Source of the DNA: a virus
Taxonomy: Duplodnaviria > Caudoviricetes
Virus record (IMG/VR): IMGVR_UViG_3300049002_000003
Location: 1 to 60,656 of that record
Length of the DNA: 60,656 nt
Direction: 5' to 3' (one strand)
The notes beneath the pieces were generated by a model. It worked only from the letters and a program-made list of their open reading frames with translations, was not told the origin of the DNA and did not search any database. Position 1 is the first letter of the stretch; each line of letters begins with the position of its first letter. Position numbers and translations under genes: made by a program. Positions 45,987-55,438 of the stretch are shown piece by piece.

Positions 45987-46913
45987 TCAGCGCCGAGCCG
46001 GCCGAGCCGCCTTCTTCGCAGGCGCCTTGCGAGCGCGCGTCGGGGGTGGCGTCGGCTCGTCTTCCTCGTCATCGTCGTCTTCGTCTTCGTCTTCGTCTTC
46101 GTCTTCGTCGTCCGGCTCCTCATCGTCCTCAGGCCGGTAGTAGGCATCGAGAGCGGCCACCAGGTCCGCCTTCTTCATGCCCTTCGCGTAGACGTCAACC
46201 TCAGGGTCCTTCGCCAGATCCCGGAGTTCCTTGACCTCCATCTCGTTGAGTTCTTCCAGGGACGGCGCACCTTCGTCGCCTTCGTCTTCGTCGTCCGACT
46301 CGTCATCGTCCTCATCGTCCGAGTCGTCTTCGTCGTCGGCCGCGAATGGGTCCTCAGGGTCTTCCACGGCGGCCGAGTCGTCTTCGTCTTCGTCATACTC
46401 CTCTTCGTCATCCGACAGCGTGGCCGGATCGATGCCGGGGAATGCCGGCGCGAAGTCGTCCGCGACCAGTTCCCACTCGCCGTCCGGATCATCGTTCTGC
46501 CGGCGCCGCTTGGCCATGATCGTCATGAGCGGCTCGTTGGCGATCTTGACGCCAGCGAGGGACACGACGTTGGTCGGCTTGTCGGTCGACTCGGTCACGG
46601 CGCCCATCTTGAGGAACTTCTCCCACGGGATGCCGAGACCCTTCTCCACGAAGTTGCGGACGAACCGCGCTCCGGCCTCCGTCAGGTTCCGGTTGAACCA
46701 GAAGGCGTATCCGTTGAACTTCTTCTTCGCGTTGCGCGTCTCGCGGATCTCCACGAGCGCATTCCACATGTCGTCGCCGGACTTGTTGACCTTCAGGCCC
46801 ATCCGCTTCAGGGCCACGACGTACATGCCCTTGGGCGGGCATGCACCATCATAGAAGGAGCCGCCTTCCAGTTCCTCCGTGTCACCGGAAAGTGCCCACT
46901 TCACTTTTGGCAT
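45987..46913 (-). CDS. ssDNA-binding protein (DUF669-like OB fold) with acidic linker and Rho-N/HeH-like module
   Basis: 'YDG..PPKG.Y.V...NKSGDDM' motif; directly follows the AAA ATPase; long D/E tracts. Confidence 0.65.
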   Translation of the reverse strand: MPKVKWALSGDTEELEGGSFYDGACPPKGMYVVALKRMGLKVNKSGDDMWNALVEIRETRNAKKKFNGYAFWFNRNLTEAGARFVRNFVEKGLGIPWEKFLKMGAVTESTDKPTNVVSLAGVKIANEPLMTIMAKRRRQNDDPDGEWELVADDFAPAFPGIDPATLSDDEEEYDEDEDDSAAVEDPEDPFAADDEDDSDDEDDDESDDEDEGDEGAPSLEELNEMEVKELRDLAKDPEVDVYAKGMKKADLVAALDAYYRPEDDEEPDDEDEDEDEDEDDDDEEDEPTPPPTRARKAPAKKAARPARR

Positions 46914-47839
46914 TACTTTGCTCCCTCTGTCGGCTTACGCGCCGGACGGCGCGCTGTCCTTGCTGGTGCCTTTGCGGGCACAGCCTTGCGTACAGGCCTG
47001 GCCTCCGTGGGGTCCAACTCCACGTTGTCATCGAACTCCTCAACGCGCTTCTGCGCGCGCTGTCGTACCGCGTCAGGCGCCTTTGCGATCAGCGCCGTCA
47101 GCTGGCCTATGGTCACCTTGTCGATCGTCCCATCGCGCACTGTGACTTCCGGCGGAAGGACGCCGAACCTATCGCGAGCGATGTAAGGCGGCCGCTTGTC
47201 AAAGAGCATCTTCCGAACTGATCTGACCCCCTTCGGACCCTTCGCCCGCAGAACACGCATGTACCCGATAACATGCATTTGGGCTACGAGCCATGCTGCC
47301 ATTTCGTAGCCCTGTTTCCCGCCAGGTAGCAGCGGCCAGACCTGAGGGTTGCCCTCCGCGTCTTCGCGCTCGAAGGACTGCGCGGTCCAGATCATGTTGA
47401 CGGGTAGCTCGTTGAAGTCCATGACGAACCGCTTGAGCTGGTTCTGCCACATTTGGTGGTCCTGAATTTCAGGGATGTAGGTATTGCGGCGCTTGCCTGG
47501 GTTGCGCTTGTACTCCATTTCCAAGATATGCCGCATGAGTCGGGTCTGCGCCATTGTGACAGTGTCGACCACGACCCAATCGAAGGCACTGGGATTCTTC
47601 CAGATGAATTTGAATGCCTCCTCGAAGTCCGGCCACTTGTGGATGGGCCAGACTTTCGTGCCCTTCGGCGCCGACTGTCGGGCCGAGATAGTGCCCTGGT
47701 TGTCGACACCCAGGATGAGTGTTCGCGGCTGCGTACAGCACCACGGCGTCTTACCGGAGCCGGTATCGCCGTGCACCAGCCAGTTCTGTGACTCGGTGAA
47801 GTCCTCAATATCGAGGATGGCGCGCGGGTACGTGACCAC
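46913..47839 (-). CDS. AAA_24/Sak4-like P-loop ATPase
   Basis: 'LVHGDTGSGKT', 'VVVDTVT' and 'YIARDR' motifs; lies between the exonuclease and SSB genes. Confidence 0.8.
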   Translation of the reverse strand: MVTYPRAILDIEDFTESQNWLVHGDTGSGKTPWCCTQPRTLILGVDNQGTISARQSAPKGTKVWPIHKWPDFEEAFKFIWKNPSAFDWVVVDTVTMAQTRLMRHILEMEYKRNPGKRRNTYIPEIQDHQMWQNQLKRFVMDFNELPVNMIWTAQSFEREDAEGNPQVWPLLPGGKQGYEMAAWLVAQMHVIGYMRVLRAKGPKGVRSVRKMLFDKRPPYIARDRFGVLPPEVTVRDGTIDKVTIGQLTALIAKAPDAVRQRAQKRVEEFDDNVELDPTEARPVRKAVPAKAPARTARRPARKPTEGAK

Positions 47840-48063
47840 TAGTGCTGCACCAACTCGGTGACGAGAACGTGATGGACCTGACTTGCCGGGAAGACCCAAT
47901 GCCGGTTGGCGCCGTTATAGCCGTCCTTGACCTGCGAGTAGATACCAATCCAGTCGCCTTCGAGCACATGCCCGATGACGGTCGAATGCGTCGGCTCGAA
48001 TGTGAAGTCTGGCTCATCCTTCATGCGCGGGTTGAGCCAGACCTCGATCATGCTTACTGACAT
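47839..48063 (-). CDS. Hypothetical protein
   Basis: AAGGAG RBS; coupled stop. Confidence 0.6.
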   Translation of the reverse strand: MSVSMIEVWLNPRMKDEPDFTFEPTHSTVIGHVLEGDWIGIYSQVKDGYNGANRHWVFPASQVHHVLVTELVQH

Positions 48064-48065
48064 TG

Positions 48066-48323
48066 CTACTCCTTCGGAGCCGGCGCGTCTGGGACCTTGC
48101 CGCCACGGTAGTGCGTGTCCGCGTAGCGCTCCATCTCATCGGCGTGATCGAGTGCCTGGTCAACGGTGGCCTTCTCACCGCCGCATCGACGCAGCTCATC
48201 GGCCCACGCACGGACTGCGGACGGCGCTGTTGCGTCCTTTGCGCGAAGTAGGAAGACCGGCTCATCGTCCGGGATGTCCGGCATGGTAATGAAGCCGTAG
48301 TCGCTCCGGCCAGTGTTCGGCAT
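48066..48323 (-). CDS. Hypothetical protein (DEPVFLLRAKD family)
   Basis: 'PDDEPVFLLRAKD..AP.AV..WA' is a motif common in phage proteins. Confidence 0.7.
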   Translation of the reverse strand: MPNTGRSDYGFITMPDIPDDEPVFLLRAKDATAPSAVRAWADELRRCGGEKATVDQALDHADEMERYADTHYRGGKVPDAPAPKE

Positions 48324-48326
48324 GTG

Positions 48327-49337
48327 TCACTCCTCTGTGGATGGACGGTAGTTCGCGTGCGGGTCGACACGAATGAACTGTGCTTCACGGAACTCGCGCC
48401 ATTCGGCGCCTTGCTCATGCAACGTACACATGGTGTAGAACTCACAATCCCAGTAACAGTCCATGGTGTTGTTCTTGATAATCGGGAGGTTACCTGCGCG
48501 GAATTGCTCCATGATAATCATCTCATTAGCAATCCGACGCACCTGGTTCGCGCGCTCAGCGCGTGTCCGCTCCACGAAGTGTCGGGCGAACAGCGGTGCA
48601 GGCTGTTGCTTCGAGATGGAGCCATTCTTGTTGAGGTAGAGCCCTTCGGCGTTCCGCTCCCGGTCAGTGTCCGGCAACGCCTTCCGGAGGAAGTTGTACG
48701 TGATGCCGGCGATGCGTTCGCGCGGCCCAAGCACACCCTTGTCCTGAAGCACAGCAGTCGCGAACGCCCAGTATGCACCAGCCTGGTCATCATTGTTCAG
48801 GTGGTTGGTCCGGATCTGAGCCGCTGTCTTGTGCTCCATGAGCTTGATAAGGCCGTCAGACCGGTCTCGGTACACACCATCGAACGTTGAGGCGAACCGG
48901 CCGAGCGTGTCTCTGCGGGAGCGCGAGCGCGGGTCGGGAATCTCAATCTGGAACTGCTCTTCGGTATAGATGACGTCCCAGTTCCTGTCGCGCCCGTACT
49001 TCTCGCGGTACCCCGTCAACATGGCTTCGCCTAGCTCCAAAGCCGACGTCCACTTGGCCGCCATAAGCGAGTCGCCTTCGGCTTTGAGACGAATTGCCTG
49101 CGACAGCGAGTCGTCCGCGCAGTACTCGCGGAACTTGTCGATGAAGTCGCGTCGGCGCCGCTGCCCTGGCCCATACCGCCGAGCGAGCGCGATGTGAATC
49201 CCAATACCTAGCCAGAGCTTTAGGTCCATGTCGATTGGCTTGAGTCCGTCGACGTAGGCCCATTGCCAACGTTGCGGACAGCGCTTGAATGATCTGCGAC
49301 CCGTGGACGTCAGTAGAACTGTTGCATCCTCTGTCAT
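48327..49337 (-). CDS. Cas4/RecB-like PD-(D/E)xK exonuclease
   Basis: 'FKRCPQRW', 'GIGIH', 'FDGVY...LMEHKT', 'Q...Y' and C-terminal 'CYWDCEFYTMC'. Confidence 0.85.
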   Translation of the reverse strand: MTEDATVLLTSTGRRSFKRCPQRWQWAYVDGLKPIDMDLKLWLGIGIHIALARRYGPGQRRRRDFIDKFREYCADDSLSQAIRLKAEGDSLMAAKWTSALELGEAMLTGYREKYGRDRNWDVIYTEEQFQIEIPDPRSRSRRDTLGRFASTFDGVYRDRSDGLIKLMEHKTAAQIRTNHLNNDDQAGAYWAFATAVLQDKGVLGPRERIAGITYNFLRKALPDTDRERNAEGLYLNKNGSISKQQPAPLFARHFVERTRAERANQVRRIANEMIIMEQFRAGNLPIIKNNTMDCYWDCEFYTMCTLHEQGAEWREFREAQFIRVDPHANYRPSTEE

Positions 49338-49356
49338 GGCTCCCTCTCGGCGCTCT

Positions 49357-49455
49357 CGCTCAAAGGGCCAGACCTGTACCCACCGACGTGACGAAGGAAG
49401 GAGCCACCCAAACTTCGCGACTAGCAGCTGGTATACAGGTCTGGCCTTTTGAGCG
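49357..49455 (-). ncRNA. Long intergenic stem-loop (22-bp arms, 55-nt loop), candidate small RNA
   Basis: CGCTCAAAGGGCCAGACCTGTA / TACAGGTCTGGCCTTTTGAGCG (one mismatch). The loop carries the complement of a shared RBS motif. Confidence 0.45.
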
Positions 49456-49503
49456 GACGTGCGATCGTCTTCCCCCACCGACCGCACGCCCGCCGCTGTT
49501 GGG

Positions 49504-49896
49504 CTAGAAGGCCGCCTTGCCGCGCGTCGCCTTCGTGGCCGGTCGCGCCGCGCGCTTGGCCGGCGCCTTCGCCGGAGCCGGCTCGGCTTCGTCCGACTCG
49601 TCTTCGTCGTCCGCGTCGTCGGCTTCGGTCGCCTTGCTGGCCTTCGCCTTGCTGGCCTTGGTCGCCTTCGTCGCCTTGGCCTTCGTCGCCTTGGCCGGCG
49701 CCTTCTTCTCGGCGTTCGCGGCGATGCGCGCGGCGTTGGCCTCCTGGTTCATGTCGCTGGACTGGAAGTCGTGGTACCGCTGGACGGCGATCTGGAGGTG
49801 GTCGGCCGGGATCTCATACTCGTGCTCCTGCAGCAGCCACTCCGCGTACAACTCGTAGCGCGGGCTGGCCTCCAGAAGCGGCACTCGCTTGGGCAT
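49504..49896 (-). CDS. Small protein with Lys/Ala-rich histone-like tails
   Basis: AKAT and PAK repeats flanking an acidic patch; GAGGGAGAG RBS. Confidence 0.7.
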   Translation of the reverse strand: MPKRVPLLEASPRYELYAEWLLQEHEYEIPADHLQIAVQRYHDFQSSDMNQEANAARIAANAEKKAPAKATKAKATKATKASKAKASKATEADDADDEDESDEAEPAPAKAPAKRAARPATKATRGKAAF

Positions 49897-49946
49897 TTCT
49901 TTCTCTCCCTCTGTGTCAGTAGAGCGTCAGACCGCGACTCTACTGG

Positions 49947-50210
49947 CTAGCGCTCTATGGCGTCGGTTGCAGCCTCATCAGCAGCAGAGAGGAAGACGGA
50001 GCCGCCATGCGTCATGTCTGCTGTCGAGACATATGCGGGCGGGTTACCCCATTGGTCCCAGTCGGTGCGGCCGCTCGCGACACGCTGCGCCCAGTCCACA
50101 TCGGCCTGCTTGTCCTGTCGGCCGGCTCGATAGCCGATCCGGTAGCCGAGACTGAATCCGCCATACAGCAGCATAGCGACGATTGGCCAGACTACCGCCC
50201 AGATCCACAT
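49947..50210 (-). CDS. Membrane protein
   Basis: N-terminal TM helix followed by GYR repeats; AAGGAG RBS. Confidence 0.6.
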   Translation of the reverse strand: MWIWAVVWPIVAMLLYGGFSLGYRIGYRAGRQDKQADVDWAQRVASGRTDWDQWGNPPAYVSTADMTHGGSVFLSAADEAATDAIER

Positions 50211-50212
50211 AG

Positions 50213-52234
50213 CTACTCCTTGATAGTGACTCCCCAGGCCTTCCTGGCGTACGCGATACCGCGCCTGACGTCAAGTATCCGCTTTGCGTTGTAGTCCTTC
50301 TCTTCCACCATCTTCGCAATGCCCTCTTCGACCGTGTTGCGCGCCCGGACGTAGTACCACTTCACGTAGTGCTCGACGTTCGACGTTCGGTGGATACGCT
50401 TCTCGACCTGGTCTTGGTCGTCGGGAACGTACGTCTCATCCATCATGGCGCCGTAGTCGGCCGAGTCGAGCGTCAAGGACAGTCCGCCGGCATACGTGTT
50501 CAAGAGAAACACGCGCGGTCCACCAGGCTTCAAGAACCGAGCCGCGAACCTCGCTCGGTCCGTGTCGTCAACCGCACCAGTAATGACGAAGTGCGGGATC
50601 TTGGCGCGCTTCAATTGGGCGGAGTAGAAGTCGATGAACAGCGTGAACTGCGATGCGATGACGCATTTGGGGCCGGAGTCGTCTGCGTCGGATGAGATGC
50701 CCAGGCCGGGCAACCACTCGTCCATCAACCAATCGAGCTTCGCGCAGTCCTTGCCCGGCACGAAGCGGTCTTGCTTGTCGAACTTCATCTCACAGCCTGC
50801 GAACTCCTTGAGCCGAGTGATGACGGCAAGCGTGTTGTCTGCAGTCAGACGTCGGCCGCTGATATCCGCGACAGCTTGCGACTCCATTTCGTCATACTGC
50901 TTCCGCTGGCGCGGCCCAAGGTCTACCCACTTCTCATAGTAGGCAATAGGCGGTGGAGCCCAAGCCGGGTTGAGGCTGCGTAGCTCGCCGGACGTCCTGC
51001 GGATACAGATGCGGCTCAACTCGCGGTCTAGCTCGGCCATCATCTCCGGCCGGACCTGGTCTAGGTACTCCACACCGCTCTGCGTGTAGCGGTTCGGCTT
51101 CGAGGCGAGGTAGCGCTGCTGCCAAGTCCACGCCGACGTGTAGACCTTCGGCCGCAGCCAGGCGAGAATGGGGAACAGATTGCGCGGCCGGCCCTTCATA
51201 GGCGTACCGGTGAGAGCGATCCGCATGCCGTCGCCGTTGTCGAGCGGCTTGGTATTGAGGGTCTGGAAGCCGAGCCCCACCATGCTCGCCTTCCGCTTCT
51301 TGGAGTTGACTAGGTAGCGCTGGACCTCATCGCCAATTATGAAGTCCCATTCGGTCGTATGGAGTAGCGGGTACGCATGATCAAGCAGCAACTTGTGCGT
51401 CCGCTTGTCCGGGCATGCTTGCGCCGAGACCATCGTCTCGTGAATGCCGCGCGGCTGACCGTTCTCGGCTACTCCTCGGCACTTCCAAGTCCGAGTCGTC
51501 TGTAGCATTTCCGGGTTGACCAAAAGGAAGTCGAATGCGTTCTTGCTGTCGGCTGACTCTGCTACGAACTCCTCAATAGCCGCTACACGGTCGGCATTGC
51601 CGGCCTCGACTATGGCTCGGCCGCGCGAACCAGCCGACTCACGAACTGTCGCCAACATGACGGAGACGTCTAGCTCTGGAAGCCATTTCTCAATCTCAGG
51701 GATCCAAGTCGCCGTCAGCGCGGTTCGCGGCGCGATGATTAGGCCGCGCCCGAAGCAACCGGCCTCTACTAGCGCGCCGAACGACTCAATGCATTTACCG
51801 AGCCCTTGCTCATCGAAGTTGCCGTGCGGGCCGCAGTCGGCGCCGAACCGAGCCGCCACGGTCTGATAGCCGCGCCGTAGCATGGCCGCGTACAGAGTTG
51901 GCGCAACCTGTCGGACGTTCGGTAGGTCCACGGGAGTACGGCCGTCTACCGCCAACGTAGCCCGCAAGGAGCGCTCCCTAGCGAGCTCAGCGCGACCCCA
52001 AGCCGTCAACTCCGGCCCGATGTCGAGCCGATCCGCGAACACGCCTCGCATGCGTCGACAGACGCCAAGGTCCAGAGGGAACGTCCAGACCTTGGCGTCT
52101 GTGAAGCTGGCGCCTGGTATTGACTTGATGTTCGCGAGGTTCTCAGCGAATAGATCAGAGTTGGACGTGTAGTCGGTCCGCAGGTGAATCCGGTTGCGGT
52201 ACTTCTCGATGCGGACCCTGTCTCCCATGTCCAA
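50213..52234 (-). CDS. SNF2-family DNA helicase
   Basis: 'DEQGLGKC', 'IIGDEVQ', 'LTGTP', 'GLSLTL' and 'QVEKRIHR' motifs. Confidence 0.9.
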   Translation of the reverse strand: MDMGDRVRIEKYRNRIHLRTDYTSNSDLFAENLANIKSIPGASFTDAKVWTFPLDLGVCRRMRGVFADRLDIGPELTAWGRAELARERSLRATLAVDGRTPVDLPNVRQVAPTLYAAMLRRGYQTVAARFGADCGPHGNFDEQGLGKCIESFGALVEAGCFGRGLIIAPRTALTATWIPEIEKWLPELDVSVMLATVRESAGSRGRAIVEAGNADRVAAIEEFVAESADSKNAFDFLLVNPEMLQTTRTWKCRGVAENGQPRGIHETMVSAQACPDKRTHKLLLDHAYPLLHTTEWDFIIGDEVQRYLVNSKKRKASMVGLGFQTLNTKPLDNGDGMRIALTGTPMKGRPRNLFPILAWLRPKVYTSAWTWQQRYLASKPNRYTQSGVEYLDQVRPEMMAELDRELSRICIRRTSGELRSLNPAWAPPPIAYYEKWVDLGPRQRKQYDEMESQAVADISGRRLTADNTLAVITRLKEFAGCEMKFDKQDRFVPGKDCAKLDWLMDEWLPGLGISSDADDSGPKCVIASQFTLFIDFYSAQLKRAKIPHFVITGAVDDTDRARFAARFLKPGGPRVFLLNTYAGGLSLTLDSADYGAMMDETYVPDDQDQVEKRIHRTSNVEHYVKWYYVRARNTVEEGIAKMVEEKDYNAKRILDVRRGIAYARKAWGVTIKE

Positions 52235-52282
52235 CCTCCTGCGCGGCGAGCCGCGAACGTACCCGCCGAACAGCAGTTGCCG

Positions 52283-52702
52283 CTAGTCCATGCCGACCTT
52301 GCCGGACACGAGCACGATGTGGATGGTCTCGCCTTTCCTGTCATGCGGCCCGTTAATGGTCTTGTGCCCCAGCACTGTGCCCGGCGCGTCCTTGCCCTTA
52401 GCAGTCGGCGCCAGAACAGTGAAGTCGCAACGCATCACTCCGTCCTTGTGCAAACCGCCGAGCGGAGTCATCGTGAAGTCCATCTGCGTGATTGCGGCCG
52501 TGGTGAACGTGTAGGTGTTGTAACTCAGGCCACGGTTATCTGTCCGTCCAAGGAACTCAAACCTGTACCCGGGCGCCTTGCCTCCGTTCATGACACAGTC
52601 GATCCGAATCTTGACGGTTGAAGTGGTGACTGGAACTCCACATCCAACCAACAGCAATCCAAAGGCGAGCGCTCCGGTCAGAGAGGTGATTGCCTTACGC
52701 AT
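52283..52702 (-). CDS. Lipoprotein
   Basis: ATG 52702; signal peptide with lipobox 'LVGC'. Confidence 0.65.
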   Translation of the reverse strand: MRKAITSLTGALAFGLLLVGCGVPVTTSTVKIRIDCVMNGGKAPGYRFEFLGRTDNRGLSYNTYTFTTAAITQMDFTMTPLGGLHKDGVMRCDFTVLAPTAKGKDAPGTVLGHKTINGPHDRKGETIHIVLVSGKVGMD

Positions 52703-52723
52703 GACGTGGCTCCTTCGGTTAGT

Positions 52724-52748
52724 GCCGGGCGGCTCAATACCGCCCGGC
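52724..52748 (-). terminator. Intergenic hairpin
   Basis: GCCGGGCGG / CCGCCCGGC 9-bp stem with a 7-nt loop. Confidence 0.5.
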
Positions 52749-52755
52749 TGCACGT

Positions 52756-53220
52756 CTAGTCTGACGGCTGTTCGCGGTTGGCGCGAGCGCGCATCGCCTG
52801 ATATTCCTCGATGGTCATGCGGATGACTCGGGTCGGGCTGACCTTCACGGCGATGTGCGTCAGGAACGAAGCCGGCGCCTTCCGCTTGGCGGCCGAGCGA
52901 CCGAGAGCATGTCGAATGAACGTCCGGTTCTGTCGCTCGGTCCGGCGCACCATAGTCGCCAAGTCGGCCGGCGCGTGCCCCTTCGCCCAGACGCGTGGGT
53001 TGCCCTTCGCGGTCAGGTGGTCGGCCCAGGGCCGGTAGCAGCCCTTCGAGCCGCAGGCCAGCTGCGGTGTACCGGGCAGGCCGCGCCGCGCCTGGTCCTC
53101 AAGCCGAGCGCGGTTGCGACCCTGGCCGCTCTGGATGCCGGCAGCAGCGTCCTGGCCCTGTACTGGCCGTAGCGGCCTGGGAGCGCCACTGTCGGTGTTC
53201 GCGGTACGTCGGTTTCGCAT
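52756..53220 (-). CDS. Basic hypothetical protein
   Basis: GGAG RBS 7 nt upstream of the ATG; fills the gap. Confidence 0.55.
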   Translation of the reverse strand: MRNRRTANTDSGAPRPLRPVQGQDAAAGIQSGQGRNRARLEDQARRGLPGTPQLACGSKGCYRPWADHLTAKGNPRVWAKGHAPADLATMVRRTERQNRTFIRHALGRSAAKRKAPASFLTHIAVKVSPTRVIRMTIEEYQAMRARANREQPSD

Positions 53221-53253
53221 CTTGCGTCTCCGTCCATCGTAGGGCCATGCAGG

Positions 53254-54375
53254 CTAGAACACCAGGACGCGGAAGTCTGCCGGGTGTGCGGGGATGTCGG
53301 ACAGCGGCCGATGCGGCCAGTTCTGCGATATGACCCGGAGGCCGCTCGTGCCCGCGACGTGAAGCGGTAGGTACCACATGTGGTCTGCGGTGTCCGGGTA
53401 GTCCGCGACAGCGCGAGTCGTCCACGGACCCCATGGGTTCGGAGACGTCCACTCCGTCACTACGTGTCCCAATCCGCCGTCAGCTGTCGACGTCATCACG
53501 ACGCTACCGCCTGAAGTGTGGATGGAGACACTGGTCTCCGGACCGCTGATTGCACCGACGATCGGCCGCGCGTCCATGACGTCCGGCGACCAGTCTCCTG
53601 CGGTCCGGTAAGCCCAATTGGTAGCCGGGCTGACGGTCGGGCTGGTAACGGCGAGGTACGTGTCATAGCCGAAGGTCCACGGGTCGCCATCGTCACGGTA
53701 GCCATAGACGTACATCGCTGTGCCGTCCGCCGAGATGGATAGCGCGCTGTCCCAGAAGATGCCGGCTGCTGCCGGGATCGGCACCGCGCTCGCGAGCACA
53801 GGCAGACCGCGCGGCGGCACATTCCAGGTGAAGAGGATCACGCCCACGCCCTGGAAGCAGAAGGCGCCAACACAGCCCGGCACGCTTCGCACCTGCGGCG
53901 CCAGCATGAAGAGCTTTCCATTGGAATATGCGATCGGCCCGCCCCAGCAGTAACCTTCTCCCGCCGCAGTAGTCGGGTCGTCGCCACACTGCGAGTTCGG
54001 GATGAACTCGCTGGCCATCTGGACGCTCTTAGCACAGCCCTTGTCCTGGATGACGAGAGCGTTGTGGTGGAGTTGGTTGTCGGCCAGGAGGCTGTCTCCG
54101 AACGCCCAGGCGCGCCGACCATTGTCCATGATCGCGGTATGGCCGCCGTCGCCAGCCTGCCAACCCTGGACCCGACCGAGCATCGAATTGAACTGCGGCG
54201 CTGTCGTCGGCGCCGCAATCCTGCATGGCGTGATCGGCGCGACCGGTCGGGGCATGACTCGCGCTGTCGGCGCTACTGGCTGAATCCGAGCCGGTGCGGA
54301 CGTCGCCACGCCGCCAGTAACCATAGCGCCGATGGCGGCCGATCCTATGGCGGCCGCCACCATCCTCTTCTTCAT
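53254..54375 (-). CDS. Secreted DUF5005/DUF4185-like beta-propeller, possible glycoside hydrolase
   Basis: Signal peptide 'MKKRMVAAAIGSAAIGAMVTGG'; 'GDGG......NGRRAWAFGDS', 'YVYG' and 'SPNPWGPW' motifs. Confidence 0.6.
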   Translation of the reverse strand: MKKRMVAAAIGSAAIGAMVTGGVATSAPARIQPVAPTARVMPRPVAPITPCRIAAPTTAPQFNSMLGRVQGWQAGDGGHTAIMDNGRRAWAFGDSLLADNQLHHNALVIQDKGCAKSVQMASEFIPNSQCGDDPTTAAGEGYCWGGPIAYSNGKLFMLAPQVRSVPGCVGAFCFQGVGVILFTWNVPPRGLPVLASAVPIPAAAGIFWDSALSISADGTAMYVYGYRDDGDPWTFGYDTYLAVTSPTVSPATNWAYRTAGDWSPDVMDARPIVGAISGPETSVSIHTSGGSVVMTSTADGGLGHVVTEWTSPNPWGPWTTRAVADYPDTADHMWYLPLHVAGTSGLRVISQNWPHRPLSDIPAHPADFRVLVF

Positions 54376-54409
54376 GTCTGTTCTCTCTGTGAGTCGCACA
54401 CGGGGAATG

Positions 54410-55408
54410 CTAGTTGCTCGGGTCGATCCGCTTGGCCGCGTCGTTACCTCCCAGGTCCACCATCTGCGCGGCCGACGTTCCGGCGCGCTCGCCCAGCCGG
54501 CCGGACGTCGACTCCATGAGCTTCCGCTCACGCGCCATCTCGGCCAGCGCCGCGCGGAGGTTCTTCTTGGCCTGCTTCGGGTCGATAGGCGCGGCCGGAG
54601 CATGCGACGGACGCTGATCGGGGTGCCTCTGGTAGAAGGCTTCGTTGACCTTCTCGGCGCGGTTCGCCAATACAGGCAGCCCGCCAGAGTAGTCGCGCGC
54701 CGCAGCGTCGCGGGACTGGTAGAGCCGGTAGTTGAGCTCGGTCGGGAACGACTTCGCGAACGCAGCGCGGTAGCTCTTGACCGAGACGGAACGACCGGTG
54801 AGCTTCGGGTCTTCTCCGCGCTTCTCGCACTCGGCCTTGTAGAGCCGCGTGACCTTCGCGGTCGCGCTGCCGGTCGTACCCCACCCCATCATCTCTGCGA
54901 TCCGAATCCGCTCCGTGCCGGCCGACCGCAGACCGTAGACGTTCTCTTGGTCCGACAGACCGGCCTGGATCCCAGGCTCCATGCGGGACATGAAGAACGT
55001 CCGGGCTGCCGTGTAGAGGAGTTCGGCATATCGCAGATCCGACTCGTAGCCGCACATGTGCGCGGAGGCCATACGCTGTCCGCTGGTCGCGTCGTACCCG
55101 TACCGCATGACGGCCCGGACGCCGCAGTGCCAGAGAATCGAGGACAGCATGTCCAAGTAGGCGAACCGGTACGGCGAAGACGTCGGGTAGGCCGGCATCG
55201 TCCGGAAGACGGGAACGGTGAGCGGCATCGTCGCGCTCTCGTTCAACTCCGTCTCGCTGATCCGGAACTTCGCCATGAGAGACTCGGCCTTGGCGCGGAA
55301 TGTGGCGGCTTCCGTCTCGGACGTGTTCGGATGGTCGGCCTGCGCCAGAAGGTTCTGGATCGCCAGCATCATTCGGTCGAGCTTCGCGCTCGCGGTCTGC
55401 TCGGTCAT
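54410..55408 (-). CDS. DUF2786-domain protein
   Basis: N-terminal 'IQNLLAQA....SETEAATFRAKAESLMAKFRI' motif. Confidence 0.8.
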   Translation of the reverse strand: MTEQTASAKLDRMMLAIQNLLAQADHPNTSETEAATFRAKAESLMAKFRISETELNESATMPLTVPVFRTMPAYPTSSPYRFAYLDMLSSILWHCGVRAVMRYGYDATSGQRMASAHMCGYESDLRYAELLYTAARTFFMSRMEPGIQAGLSDQENVYGLRSAGTERIRIAEMMGWGTTGSATAKVTRLYKAECEKRGEDPKLTGRSVSVKSYRAAFAKSFPTELNYRLYQSRDAAARDYSGGLPVLANRAEKVNEAFYQRHPDQRPSHAPAAPIDPKQAKKNLRAALAEMARERKLMESTSGRLGERAGTSAAQMVDLGGNDAAKRIDPSN

Positions 55409-55438
55409 CTTCGTGGCTCCTTCGGTTCCGCTGTTCGA

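Noticed and set aside
46060-46420. TCGTCT/TCGTCA tandem repeats (also GCCTT-type repeats at 49620-49700)
   Set aside because: Period 3/6 or multiples of 3; they encode Asp/Glu and Lys/Ala low-complexity protein tracts and are not related to the pentamer arrays.
48327-49337. Cas4-like gene as evidence of a CRISPR-Cas locus
   Set aside because: It sits in the usual exonuclease-ATPase-SSB recombination module; no cas1/cas2 or repeat-spacer array was found.
49471-49500. Possible short pentamer tract (ccacc gaccg cacgc ccgcc)
   Set aside because: Too short and out of register to distinguish from GC-rich background.
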